From the NCBI GenBank assembly GCA_964016885.1, contig OZ024749.1, forward strand, positions 28,024,001 to 28,088,000: a stretch of 64,000 nucleotides of DNA. The letters run 5' to 3'. This DNA is from Eledone cirrhosa. Taxonomy: Eukaryota. The position numbers and the translations under genes are program-made. Below, piece after piece: positions 12,140 to 24,309 of the stretch. Below the pieces are notes generated by a model. The model saw only the letters and a program-made list of their open reading frames with translations, had not been told where the DNA came from and did not search any database. Position 1 is the first letter of the stretch, and each line of letters begins with the position of its first letter.

Positions 12140-12860
12140 TGGTCATCATTGTAAGGTAGCTGTGCTAGAATCATAAAGTACACCCAGTACACTCTGTAAA
12201 GTTGTATTGTTGGTGTCACATCAAAATACACCCAGTACTCTCTTTAAGGTAGTAGTGCTGGTGTCATGATAAAATGTAACTAGTCTACCCTGTAAAGTGG
12301 TAGTGCTAGCTTCATGATAAAATACACCCAATACACTCTGTAAAGTGGTAGTGTTGGTACTACGATAACATGCTCCCAATACACTTTGTAAAGTGGCAGA
12401 GTTGGTGTTATGATAAAATACACCCTGTTCACCCTGTAAGATGGTATAAAATACACCCAATACACTCTGTAAAGTGCTAGTGCTATTGTCATGATAAAAT
12501 ACACCCAGTAATCCCTGTAAAGTGGTAGTGTTAGTGTCATGATAAGCTACACCCAGTACACTCTGTAAAGTGGTAGTGCTGGTGTCCTGAGAAGATATTC
12601 CCAGTAGACCCTGTAAAGTGGTAGTGCTGGTCTCATAATAAAATGCTCCCAGTACACTCTGTAAAGTAGTAGTGCTGGCAACATGATAAAATAGTCCAAG
12701 TCAATGCTGTAAAGTGGTTTGGATAAGGAAGGGCATCCAGCCATAGAAACAGAACATATGAGCAAGATGTTGTTACCTAACCTGTCTACGTTCAGAACTT
12801 GACAACCCATCAACCCATGCAACGACCACAAAAAATAGACATTAAACTGTGATGATGATA
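12140..12860 (+). repeat. ~12 x 48-bp diverged tandem array grown inside an RTE-type tail
   Basis: Unit AAAATACACCCAGTACACTCTGTAAAGTGGTAGTGCTGGTGTCATGAT, followed by GGAAGGGCATCC..(GAT)n. Confidence 0.85.
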
Positions 12861-13439
12861 ATGCTACACATGCACATGCACACATACACACACAATCATA
12901 CATCCACAGACACATACACACATGCACACACACAAACACACCCACAGAGACATACACATGCACACAAACATACACACAGACACATACACACAGACACATA
13001 CACACGTACACAGACACACATATGTGAGTGTATATGTGTAGTAGTGGGTATAAACTAACTAGAAGATATGATGTATAAATAAATAAATATATATAAATAT
13101 GTGTTAATGAAATTGTAAAGTTTGGGTGTAGACATTATCTGTCTACTTTTCAGAAGTAAAACTATAGAATCACTTCTACACTCTAAAACGGTAAAGTTGA
13201 AAACTGGAATTAGAAAATGTCATGTTTAAATGGTGCCATCTCTTTAGATTGTTCTAGAAGGTTTTAGCTAACACAGCTGAGACCATGCTACAGCACCGTT
13301 TTAGACATCACAGCTAAGGACATGGAATCTAATCGGTCAGGTCATTGTTTGTTCTAGGCATAATACACCCCACCCCCCGACATCAGGGCCCCTGAAAACA
13401 GTCTTAGACATTGCCCTTACCTCACTGACCAAACAGTTA

Positions 13440-13496
<57 letters not shown>

Positions 13497-13498
<2 letters not shown>

Positions 13499-14057
13499 TC
13501 ATCATCATCATCATCAACGTTTAACGTCCGTGTTCCACGCTTGCATGGGTTTGGACGGGGGTAGTCCCACTTGAGGCAAGAGTGATTTTCTTGCTCGCAT
13601 AGGACTGTCTGGCAGGTTTTCTACAGTTGGATGCCCTTCCTAACACCAACCACATTTACAGTGTGGGTCTGGGAGGTTTTTACCGTGTTGCCTACACGGC
13701 CACATTACAGCGTGGACTGTGTGTTTTTTTGTCGTGACACCTACACGATCTCATTTGTTTCGGCCTGGATGGCGCGGCACCAACATAACTTTACATAGAA
13801 CGGGGTGGTGTGGATGGGGTGGGGGTTGTGGTGGTGGGACGTGGTGTATTTTGTTAGAGATGCCTACTGGCAAGGCGGGTCTTCTCTATTACTGAGTACC
13901 GCCAAAGGTCTCGGTCCAGTGACATTGCCTTGGTGAGGTGTAAGTGTGTGAGGTCGGTGTTTATCAGCTCGTCCCAGGTTTTTCTGGGTCTGCCTATTCC
14001 GTGGCTACCGTCTATCTTTATTGCCCTGCACTTTGTTATACAGCTATCATCCTTCAT

Positions 14058-14063
<6 letters not shown>
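13497..14063 (-). mobile_element. RTE LINE family A 3' fragment
   Basis: MRMKDDSCITKCRAIKIDGSHGIGRPRKTW plus 3' UTR nearly identical to ~58125-58710. Confidence 0.9.
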
Positions 14064-14094
<31 letters not shown>

Positions 14095-14097
<3 letters not shown>

Positions 14098-15170
14098 AAT
14101 AATAATAATGAAATTATTGTGTACAGTGCTCAGGTGCACTACAACTCATCAAAGCTGCATGTATAGTACATAGAATAATGTACAAACGTCAGGAAAATGA
14201 ACAGTGTATGAGTCATGATATAGATGTGTGCGTGTGTATGGAGGAGGGATATCAGGTGTAGTGTTGGCGAATTTCAGGAAGCATGGAAGTTTTAAAGGAT
14301 GCAGTGTCCCAACAGCTAACAACTGATGCAGGTCGTTTGTTCCATGCTTCAGCAACTCTGAGCGTGAAAAAATGTTTCTGAAAATCATGGGAACTGTGTT
14401 GTTTTCTGACTTTGTAGGCATGCCCACATGTGTTAGACACATGGAAATCATAAAGGTACTCAGGGTTGTTGTTGGCAAGATGGTTAATAATTTTGTGGGT
14501 GTTTACCAAGTCAGTTGCCAGGTCCGAGCTTCAATGTATCCATGCTCAGGGAAGCAAGGCATTCAGAGTATGGTAGATGCCTGATGGAAGGTATTCGCTT
14601 GGTTGCACGTCTCTGAACAGTTTCCAGGAGGTCAATGTTCTGAGTAAGATAGGGGTTCAAGACTGGTGACAAATTCTAAGTGTGGTCGCGCCATAGCTAT
14701 ATACAGCTTTAAATAGATAGTTGGAGAGCGGCTGACAAAGGTCTTGCTGAGTAATGCTAAGACACCCACGGCCTTCTTGACAGTTTTAGAACAGAAGCTA
14801 CGGTCGTCGGTTTTTGCCGTTGTTCAGCCACAATGGTAGAGGAAGACACGGTCGTCGGTTTTTGTTGTTTTTGTTGTTCAACAGCAATGGTAGAGGAAGA
14901 CACACAGGCCAGGCACTGAAAGAACCAATTTGGTAGCTGGACCATTTCCTAGAGTCCATCCATCATAGAAATATGGTGTCTCTTTTTCTGACCTGGGATA
15001 TTTTGAAAGTTTGTGGCACATTGAAGGCTAACAGAAACACGACATGTACCACATTCAACCCATCGATTTTGGATTGAGTTCATATATAATGAGCTCTTCA
15101 TTTTATTAACGCTAAATAGTGAGTTTTGTTACTTTGGTATTGAGTTCTCCTTTCTCTCAACCAGGAACCA
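14095..15170 (-). mobile_element. Internally deleted CR1-group LINE (putative PHD-type ORF1 start joined to ORF2 3' end)
   Basis: ORF2 end and 3' UTR at 14095-14790. Upstream frame from 15083 reads WVECGTC..LQC..WFFQCLAC. Confidence 0.7.
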
Positions 15171-15180
15171 CACACACACA

Positions 15181-15586
15181 CACATGGCTTAGTGGTTAGA
15201 GCATTGGGCTTGCAATCGAAAGGTTGTGAGTTCAATTCTCAGACCGGGTGATGTGTTGTGTCCTTGAGCAAGACACTTTATTTCAAATTGCTCCAGTTTA
15301 CTCAGCTGTAGAAATGAGATGATAGGGACCCAGTCCCTATCATCTCATTTGAGGGGTCCCTATCGTTCCACTGCAAAGTGGTCGTGGAGGTGCCACGGCA
15401 AAAAAGCACCCAGCCCATGCTGTAAAGTGGACGTGTACGCGCCATGGAAAAAAAGCACCCAGCACTCACTGTAAATGAGGTTGGTGTTAGGAAGGGCATC
15501 CATCTGTAGAAATCGAGCCAGAATCAGTTCCCGTCCCACCCTTGCCAGCAGGGAAAAGCGGACGTAAAAATGATGATGATGATGAT
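15181..15586 (+). mobile_element. tRNA-CORE SINE, short tail
   Basis: Same family as 9708-10053. Confidence 0.85.
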
Positions 15587-15999
15587 ATATATATATATAC
15601 ACACACAAACACATATATATATACATGCATATACACATACATGTTGCTAAATAAAGGTAGTTAAACACCCATACACCAACAGCAGAAGTTTATTATAAAA
15701 GATTTCAATAACAAAATTCATTTTGATTCCTTTCCAAACAACATTGGACCAGTTTTTAATTTTAAAAACACAAAACACACACACAAAGCAACAACAACAA
15801 CAAACCACTCAAATTTTCAACCCAGCCCCTACCCCTAGCTTACCCTACCCTACCCTTGGGGACATTATCCCAGGTTTTACTGTAAATAACAACTCTAAAC
15901 CTATTTTACTGTCCAAAAAAAAAACTATTTTTATTAATTTTTGTTCTAAGTTATATTTGTATTTCCTATCAATGATAATAAAATAGAATTGAACCATTG

Positions 16000-17320
16000 A
16001 TGGGGGATGGTCATGGCGGGGATGGGGTGGTGGTGGTGGTGGTGGTGGTTGGTAGTGGTGTTGGTGGTGTTGGTGGTAGGTAGTAGTGGTGGTGGTGATG
16101 GTGGTGATGGTGGTGGTGGTGGTAGTGTTGGTGTTAGTGGGTGGTAGTGGTTGGTGGTTGGTGGTGGTGGTGTTGGTGGTGGGTGGTGGTGGTGATGGTG
16201 TTGGTGGTAGTGGTTGGTAGTATTGGTGGTGGTGATGGTGGTGGTGGTGGTGGTAGTGTTGGTGTTGGTGGGTGGTAGTGGTTGGTGGTTGATGGTGGTG
16301 GTGGTGGTGTTGGCGGGTGGTGGTGATGGTGTTGGTGGTAGTGGTTGGTAGTATTGGTGGTGGTGGTGGTGGTGGTGGTGATGATAATGTTGATGGTGGT
16401 GATGTTAGTGGCGGTGGTGTTTAGTGGTGGTAGCAGAGGCTGGTGGTGGTGGTTGCTGTTTGGTGGTGGGAATGGTCATGGTGGAGGTGGAGGTGGAGGT
16501 GGTAGAGGCGTTTGGTGGTGATGTTGGTGGTGTTGGTGGTGATGGTGGGGGAGGTTCGTGGTGGCGGTGGTGGTGGAGGTTGGTTGTTGTTGTTGTTGTG
16601 GTGGTAGGTGGTTGTGGTGGTTGTTTGGTTGTGATGGTGATGTTGGTGGTGATGTTGATGTTGGTAGCTGGTGGTGGTGGTATTGTTGATGTTGGTGGTG
16701 GGTGGATGGCTGGTGGTCTGAGTGGGAGTGATGGTTGGAGTGGTTTGTTGTGGCTGGTGGTTGGATTAACACTGTTATTGGTATTGATTGGTTTCACTTA
16801 ACAACTGCGCAAATCGACCTGATACCATCACCACCATCATCAGCACCAACACCACCATCCTCACCATCATCACCACCAATACCACTATTACTACAAACAC
16901 CTCCATTGCCAACACCACCATCCCCACAAATACCACCGTCGCCATAAGTCACTCCACTATAACAACCACCACCACCACCATCACTACAAACATCATTACC
17001 ACCACCATATCACTATACACATCATTATAACCACCATCACTACAAACACCCCTGTCACCATGACCATTACCACCACCAACACCACCATGACAACCACCAT
17101 CACCATCACCATCACCAACAATACCATTACCACCATCAGCAGCACCACCACCACAATTGTCAACACTAGCATCGCCATCACTATCACCACCGTCGTCATT
17201 GTCACTGTCATCATCACCATCACCATCTTCACACATTATCACCACCACCACCACCATCATCAACACCAACAAAACTGCCATCACAACTATCACCACCACC
17301 ATAACCACCCATCACCACTA
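16000..17320. repeat. (GGT)n block followed by complementary (CCA)n block
   Basis: Direct reading; strand composition switches at ~16770-16820. Confidence 0.9.
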
Positions 17321-17555
17321 AAGTGGCTTTTATGTGGTTATTTTACTTGCTAGAAATAGCAACCAAATTTCCTTCAAATCACAGTCTACTGTCTCTAAAT
17401 AAAGGATATAGATTGGACAATGTAGTATATCTCTGAAATACTGAAAAGTGATGGTCACATCTGGAACATATTTGATCATAGGTGTTGTTTGATTAAGGCT
17501 GGTCTGGAGTTAAACAGAAACAAAACAAACCATTATCATTATTATCAACAACAAC

Positions 17556-18645
17556 GGGCGGTGGATTGGCGCTATCGGTAGAGGGTCGGACGCCAAGCTT
17601 TCCAGCATAGTTACGTCCCTTTACGATCTGAGTTCAAATCCCGCCGAGGTTGACTTTGCCTTTCATCCTTACAGGGTCAATAAAATAAAGTACCAGTAAT
17701 GCACTGGGTAATTGCTGGCCCTGTGCCTAAAGTAGAAACAATTATTATCAACAACAACACATTGGACAATGTAGTCCTAGATATACTAGGTCTGAAAATA
17801 AAATCAGATGATCATGGCTTGAATGTCTTTAATTATAGGTCGGCGGGATTAGAACTGACCTTGGGTTAAATAACAACATGAACACCAGAATTTGAACTTA
17901 TACCCCCCCCCCCCCCCCCCACACACACACACTTCACCCTGACTTCCTCAACATCTCAAACAAACTTTACATTGGTTTCTAATATCAGCACAAGGTTACT
18001 GAATTTGGAAGAAGGACAAAATTGATTAAAGCAGCCCAGTACATGACTGGTACTTTACTTTATCGAACCTGGAAGGATGAAAAGCATAGTTGACCTCAGC
18101 AGGATTTGAACTCAAGCAATCTCAATATTTCCAGAAGAAAAAAAAATATATGTTATGTGTGTTGATACCCATCTTTTTTCATTCCGTAGGTTTATACACC
18201 CCTGGCAGTATCGGTAGAGGGCTGGGCGCCATGCTTTCTAGCATAGTTACATCCCTTTACGGTCTGAGTTCAAATACCGTCGAGGTTAACTTTGCCTTTC
18301 ATCCTTACGGGGGTCGATAAAATAAAGTACCAGTAATGTATTGGGTAATTGCTGGCCTTGTGCCAAAAGTAGAAACAATTATTAGATTATATTATAGTAA
18401 AAAAAAGTTACGGCAAAGCTTCTATTTCTATTTCAATTATAATATGGTTGTGTAGGGCGAAGGATTGGCAGTCTTGGTAGCATAGTGTTACGTCCCTTTA
18501 CGTTTTGAGTTGAAATCCTGCAGAGGTTAGCTTTGCCTTTCATCGTCGATAAAATAAAGTTTCAGCCATGCACTGGGGTCGATTTAATTGACTTTCCCAT
18601 TCCCCAAAATCGTTGGCCTTGTGCTTAAACCAGAAACCATTATAA
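17556..18645. mobile_element. Cluster of second-family tRNA SINEs (Meta-domain-like): + 17556-17745, - ~17975-18115, + 18204-18385, + 18455-18645
   Basis: TGGCAGTATCGG box A, GAGTTCAAATCC box B, central GAGGTTGACTTTGCCTTTCATCCTTACGGGGTCGATAAAATAAAGTACCAG, (ATT)n tail. The domain name is from memory. Confidence 0.8.
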
Positions 18646-19074
18646 TATGGTTGTATGGAATTGTGTTTGACAACCACATGGTTTGAGGATTAATTGCCAA
18701 ACCATGTGGTACCTTAGGAAAGTGTCTTCTACTGTAATGATCGGGTGGAATTGTGGAAGCCCAGCAGCACAAGAAACAAGAACTGTTAAAAGAGCAGAAC
18801 TCCTCAGTATCAATGGCCATCCAACCCAACTATGGATTAAGTAGCCTCACAAACCCACAATAGACCAAGCTTGGTGAGTATAGCTACACTTCTGACTTGA
18901 ACAAAACCAAAGAGAAAATAGTGGAGGTCAACATTTAGAATGGAAAAAAATAGTAATTTATTTAAAATATTCTAAAAACAATTATAAAAATGGTATTAAT
19001 GAACACACACGCATAAATTTAACTATATATACACACACAGATGAAGAGAAAAGTCTAAAAAGTCTCTAAAGTCT

Positions 19075-21062
19075 GTCCTGAGCCAGGAGACTCATCAGGT
19101 TGGTACTCATCCTCGCTTTTGTGGCACAAAGTGACTGAGAGTTCATGACTACCCCGCTGGAAAAGATGCTTGTCCATCACAGGGTTAAACCCTCATCTAG
19201 TGCTGGTACTCATTTTCAGTTGAGTATACTGGAGCAATGTGAAATGAAATGTTTTGCTCAAGATCACAACACACAACCCAGTCCAGGAATCAAACCCACA
19301 ACATTATGATCATAAGTCCAACAACCTTACCACTAGGCCACATGAAATGAAGTGTTTTGCTCAAGATCACAACACACAACCCAGTCTAAGAATCAAACCC
19401 ATGACATTATGATCATAAGTCCAACACCCTTACCACTAGGCCACATGAATTGAAGTGTTTTGCTCAAGAACACAACACACAACCCAGTCTAGGAATTGAA
19501 CCCACAATGTTATGATCCTAAAACCAATAACTTTACTACGAGGTCACTGGAGTAATCCCACTGCATGGTATGCCTTAGGCAAGTGTCTTCTACTGTAATT
19601 TGTGTGACATTATGACAATATTTGATATCAATATTATATTTTACCAGTAATTTAATGATATAAAACCTGTTAGAACCAGTAAGAACCTGTAAAAACAAAT
19701 GAGAATAAGTCTGTGATAAATAAAACAGGATTAACAATGTTTACAATTGTTTAATTTTTATATCCATGTAAAGCTATAAAAAAACAGTTAGAAACAGTTA
19801 AAACCAGTTAGAACTGGATTTATCTTTTATGAAAGCTCATTAGGTTGGTGTTTATCCCTGGTTTCCTTGGTGTTAAGCAACTTAGAGTGCCAGACTCTCC
19901 CTGGACAGGATGCTGGTCTATCGCAGAATTAATTCTTTAGCTATGGCTGGTATTCAATCGCAGTTGAGTGTACAGTTTTGAGCCTTGAGGCTCACAGGGC
20001 TGGTACTTATCTCAGTTTCCATGGTGTTAAGTGACTCAGAGTATAAGACTCTCCCTGGACAGGACGTTGGTCTATCACAGGATTAACTCCCTAGCTACTG
20101 TTGGTACTTACTCTCAGCTGAGTGAACTGGAGCAATGTGAAATAAAGTGTTTTGCTCAAGAACACAACACAGCATCCTGTCCTGGAATCAAGCATCCTAA
20201 CCTTTAAACGGTTCATATTTAAATTAAAATTTACCAACAAAATTATATATAACAGCCTTTTGTTTTGTTGTGTTACAAATATGAACTTAATGGAAACATG
20301 GAGGACCAGATAGCATTAAAGAGATAGGTCATGGCTAGAATGGCAATTATCATGTTTACTAGATCAGGTTGACCTAGGGCTAAACAACAACAACTAAATA
20401 ACCCTAAAGAGACAGGAAGGATGGTCATGGCCAGAATGACATTGATATGCTTTCTAAATCAGACTAACTTAGGGCTAAACAACAACAACAACTCGATAAC
20501 CCTAAAAAGATAGGATGGATGGTCATGGCCAGAATGATGTGCATTATAAAACTACTAGATTAGGTTGTCTAAAGTCTGTCTCAAACTTGAAGGCTCATCA
20601 AGCCAGTGCTTATCCCAGTTTCTGTTGCATGAAGTGACTGACAGTACAAGACTTCCCCCCGTTGGGCAGGATGCCAATCCATCGTAGAGTTAAGCCCCTA
20701 GGTATTACTGTTAGAACTCATTTTCAGCTGAGTATACTGGAGCAGTGTAAAATGAAGTGTTTTACTCAAGAACACAACACACAACCCAGTCTAGGAATCA
20801 AACCCATGACATTATTATCATAAGTCCAACACCCTTACCACTAGGCCACATGAAATGAAGTGTTTAGCTCAAGAACACAACACACAACCCAGCCCAGGAA
20901 TCAAACCCACAACGTTATGATTATAAATCCAACACCCTTACCACTAGGCCACATGAAATGAAGTATTTAGCTCACGAACACAACACACAACCCAGTCTAG
21001 GAATAAAATCCACGACATAATGATTATAAATCCAACACCCTAACAACTAAGCCACATGTCTC
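19075..21062 (-). mobile_element. Older CORE SINEs with tandemly triplicated tRNA heads, plus a ~95-bp tandem tail repeat at ~20290-20560
   Basis: ~103-bp unit TGTGGCCTAGTGGTAAGGGTGTTGGA..GGTTTGATTCC..CTTGAGCAAAACACTTCATTTCA occurs three times at 19240-19545 and three times at 20750-21060. Confidence 0.75.
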
Positions 21063-21228
21063 CACAACAGATCAGGTTAACCTAGGGCTAAATAACAACA
21101 CCAACAACAGCAATAACAGTAACAATAATTTTTCTCTCTGAGGTAACTGAAGAAATAATTCCTACAGTGAAAATATCTGCAATATACACTATGCAAATGT
21201 TTTCTTTTACGTAGATTGAAGGTCGAGG

Positions 21229-23520
21229 TATGGAACTAACTAGCTCTCTCCTCCCTGTTATGGAACTAACTAACTCTCTCCACCCTGTTATAGAACTAAC
21301 TAGTTCTCTCCACCCTGTTATGGAACTAACTAACTCTCTCCACCCTGTTATAGAACTAACTAGCTCTCTCCACCCTGTTATAGAACTAACTAGCTCTATC
21401 CACCCTGTTATAGAACTAACTAGCTCTCCACTCTATTATAGAACTAACTAGCTCTCTCCACCCTGTTATGGAACTAACTAGCTCTCTCCACTCTATTATA
21501 GAACTAACTAGCTCTCTCCACCCTGTTATGGAACTAACTAGCTCTCTCCACCCTGTTATAGAACTAACTAGCTCTCTCCACCCTGTTATAGAACTAACTA
21601 GCTCTCTCCACCCTGTTATAGAACTAACTAGCTCTATCCACCCTGTTATAGAACTAACTAGCTCTCCACTCTATTATAGAACTAACTAGCTCTCTCCACC
21701 CTGTTATGGAACTAACTAGCTCTCTCCACTCTATTATAGAACTAACTAGCTCTCTCCACCCTGTTATGGAACTAACTAGCTCTCTCCACCCTGTTATAGA
21801 ACTAACTAGCTCTATCCACCCTGTTATAGAACTAACTAGCTCTCCACTCTATTATAGAACTAACTAGCTCTCTCCACCCTGTTATGGAACTAACTAGCTC
21901 TCTCCACTCTATTATAGAACTAACTAGCTCTCTCCATCCTGTTATGGAACTAACTAGCCCTCTCCACCCTGTTATGGAACTAACTAACTCTCTCCACCCT
22001 GTTATAGAACTAACTAGCTCTCTCCACCCTGTTATGGAACTAACTAACTCTCTCCACCCTGTTATAGAACTAACTAGCTCTCTCCACCCTGTTATAGAAC
22101 TAACTAGCTCTATCCACCCTGTTATAGAACTAACTAGCTCTCCACTCTATTATAGAACTAACTAGCTCTCTCCACCCTGTTATAGAACTAACTAGCTCTA
22201 TCCACCGTGTTATAGAACTAACTAGCTCTCTCCACCCTGTTATAGAACTAACTAGCTCTCTCCACCCTGTTATAGAACTAACTAGCTCTCTCCACCCTGT
22301 TATAGAACTAACTAGCTCTATCCACCATGTTATAGAACTAACTAGCTCTATCCACCCTGTTATGGAACTAACTAACTCTCTCCACCCTGTTATAGAACTA
22401 ACTAGCTCTCTCCACCCTGTTATGGAACTAACTAGCTCTATCCACCATGTTATAGAACTAACTAGCTCTATCCACCCTGTTATAGAACTAACTAGCTCTA
22501 TCCACCCTGTTATAGAACTAACTAGCTCTCCACTCTATTATAGAACTAACTAGCTCTCTCCACCCTGTTATAGAACTAACTAGCTCTATCCACCGTGTTA
22601 TAGAACTAACTAGCTCTCTCCACCCTGTTATAGAACTAACTAGCTCTCTCCACCCTGTTATAGAACTAACTAGCTCTCTCCACCCTGTTATAGAACTAAC
22701 TAGCTCTATCCACCATGTTATAGAACTAACTAGCTCTATCCACCCTGTTATGGAACTAACTAGCTCTCCACTCTATTATAGAACTAACTAGCTCTCTCCA
22801 CCCTGTTATGGAACTAACTAGCTCTCTCCACTCTATTATAGAACTAACTAGCTCTCTCCACCCTGTTATGGAACTAACTAGCTCTCTCCACTCTATTATA
22901 GAACTAACTAGCTCTCTCCACCCTGTTATGGAACTAACTAGCTCTCTCCACTCTATTATAGAACTAACTAGCTCTCTCCACCCTGTTATAGAACTAACTA
23001 GCTCTCTCCACCCTGTTATAGAACTAACTAGCTCTCTCCACCCTGTTATGGAACTAACTAGCTCTCTCCACCCTGTTATAGAACTAACTAGCTCTCTCCA
23101 CCCTGTTATAGAACTAACTAGCTCTCTCCACCCTGTTATGGAACTAACTAGCTCTCTCCACCCTGTTATGGAACTAACTAGCTCTCTCCACCCTGTTATG
23201 GAACTAACTAGCTCTCTTCACCCTGTTATGGAACTAACTAGCTCTCTCCACCCTGTTATAGAACTAACTAGCTCTCTCCACCCTGTTATAGAACTAACTA
23301 GCTCTCTCCACCCTGTTATGGAACTAACTAGCTCTCTCCACCCTGTTATGGAACTAACTAGCTCTCTCCACCCTGTTATAGAACTAACTAGCTCTCTCCA
23401 CCCTGTTATAAAACTAACTAGCTCTCCACCCTGTTATGGAACTAACTAGCTCTCTCCACCCTGTTATGGAACTAACTAGCTCTCCACCTAGTTATTACCA
23501 GCTCTCTCCACCCTGTTATT
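21229..23520. repeat. 30-bp minisatellite, about 76 units, with 28-bp variants and higher-order structure
   Basis: Unit GAACTAACTAGCTCTCTCCACCCTGTTAT(A/G); recurring variant GAACTAACTAGCTCTCCACTCTATTATA. Confidence 0.97.
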
Positions 23521-24061
23521 ACTGGCTTGCCATCTAATTCTCAGCAGATTCCCACCCAGCTTCAGGTACTCTGTCTGTGGCAGACATAGAAGAAATATGT
23601 TTGTGATGACAAGAGGAGGAGGAGGAGGAGGATGGTGACGATGACGACGACTGTGATGATGATGATGATGAGGAGGAGGAGGAGGGGGGAGGAGAAAGGA
23701 AAGAGAAGGGGAGAAGTTTATTTTTTGTTTGATTATTCCTCCCATCTCCCACACACACGCACATACATATATATACACACACACACAGACACAGACACAG
23801 ACATACACATGCATAGACACACATAAATAAATACACACACATACACAAATACACATACACATATACACAGAAACTCACACATGCACCCTATCATAAACCA
23901 TGCATCACAGATCAGATATTGCATGTGGAATGGAAGAAAAGAGATGGAAGTTGTAAGTTAAACTTGATTCAGTAAAGAATAATCTCGGAAGTATTTCATT
24001 AAAATTGATCTGTAAAAGATAAACGGAAGTCAAAATAACATTTTTACTCCATCTTACTCAC

Positions 24062-24111
24062 CAAAAATACAAGCATTCCTCACTTATGATTCCAGCAAAG
24101 GAATTAAGATT
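24062..24111 (-). other. Candidate 50-nt spliced exon
   Basis: Acceptor TTTTCCTATTTCAG and donor TTG/GTGAGTAAG in unique sequence. One frame is open (NLNSFAGIISEECLYF). Confidence 0.45.
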
Positions 24112-24309
24112 CTGAAATAGGAAAATATTCCGCATATAAGATATTTTATATAAATATATCACATGTAAAATATATATATATATCACAAATAAAATATATA
24201 TGTATATATTATCATCATCACTGTTTTACACCCATTTTTCCATGCTGGCATGGGTTAGACGAGTTGTGGGCAATGCCAGGTTAGGTGACCATGACTTGCT
24301 CATACAGTG

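Noticed and set aside
21229-23520. CRISPR-like or coding interpretation of the 30-bp array
   Set aside because: No unique spacers, no cas genes, and a eukaryotic context. The open frames follow from the 30-nt period and are broken by 28-bp units.
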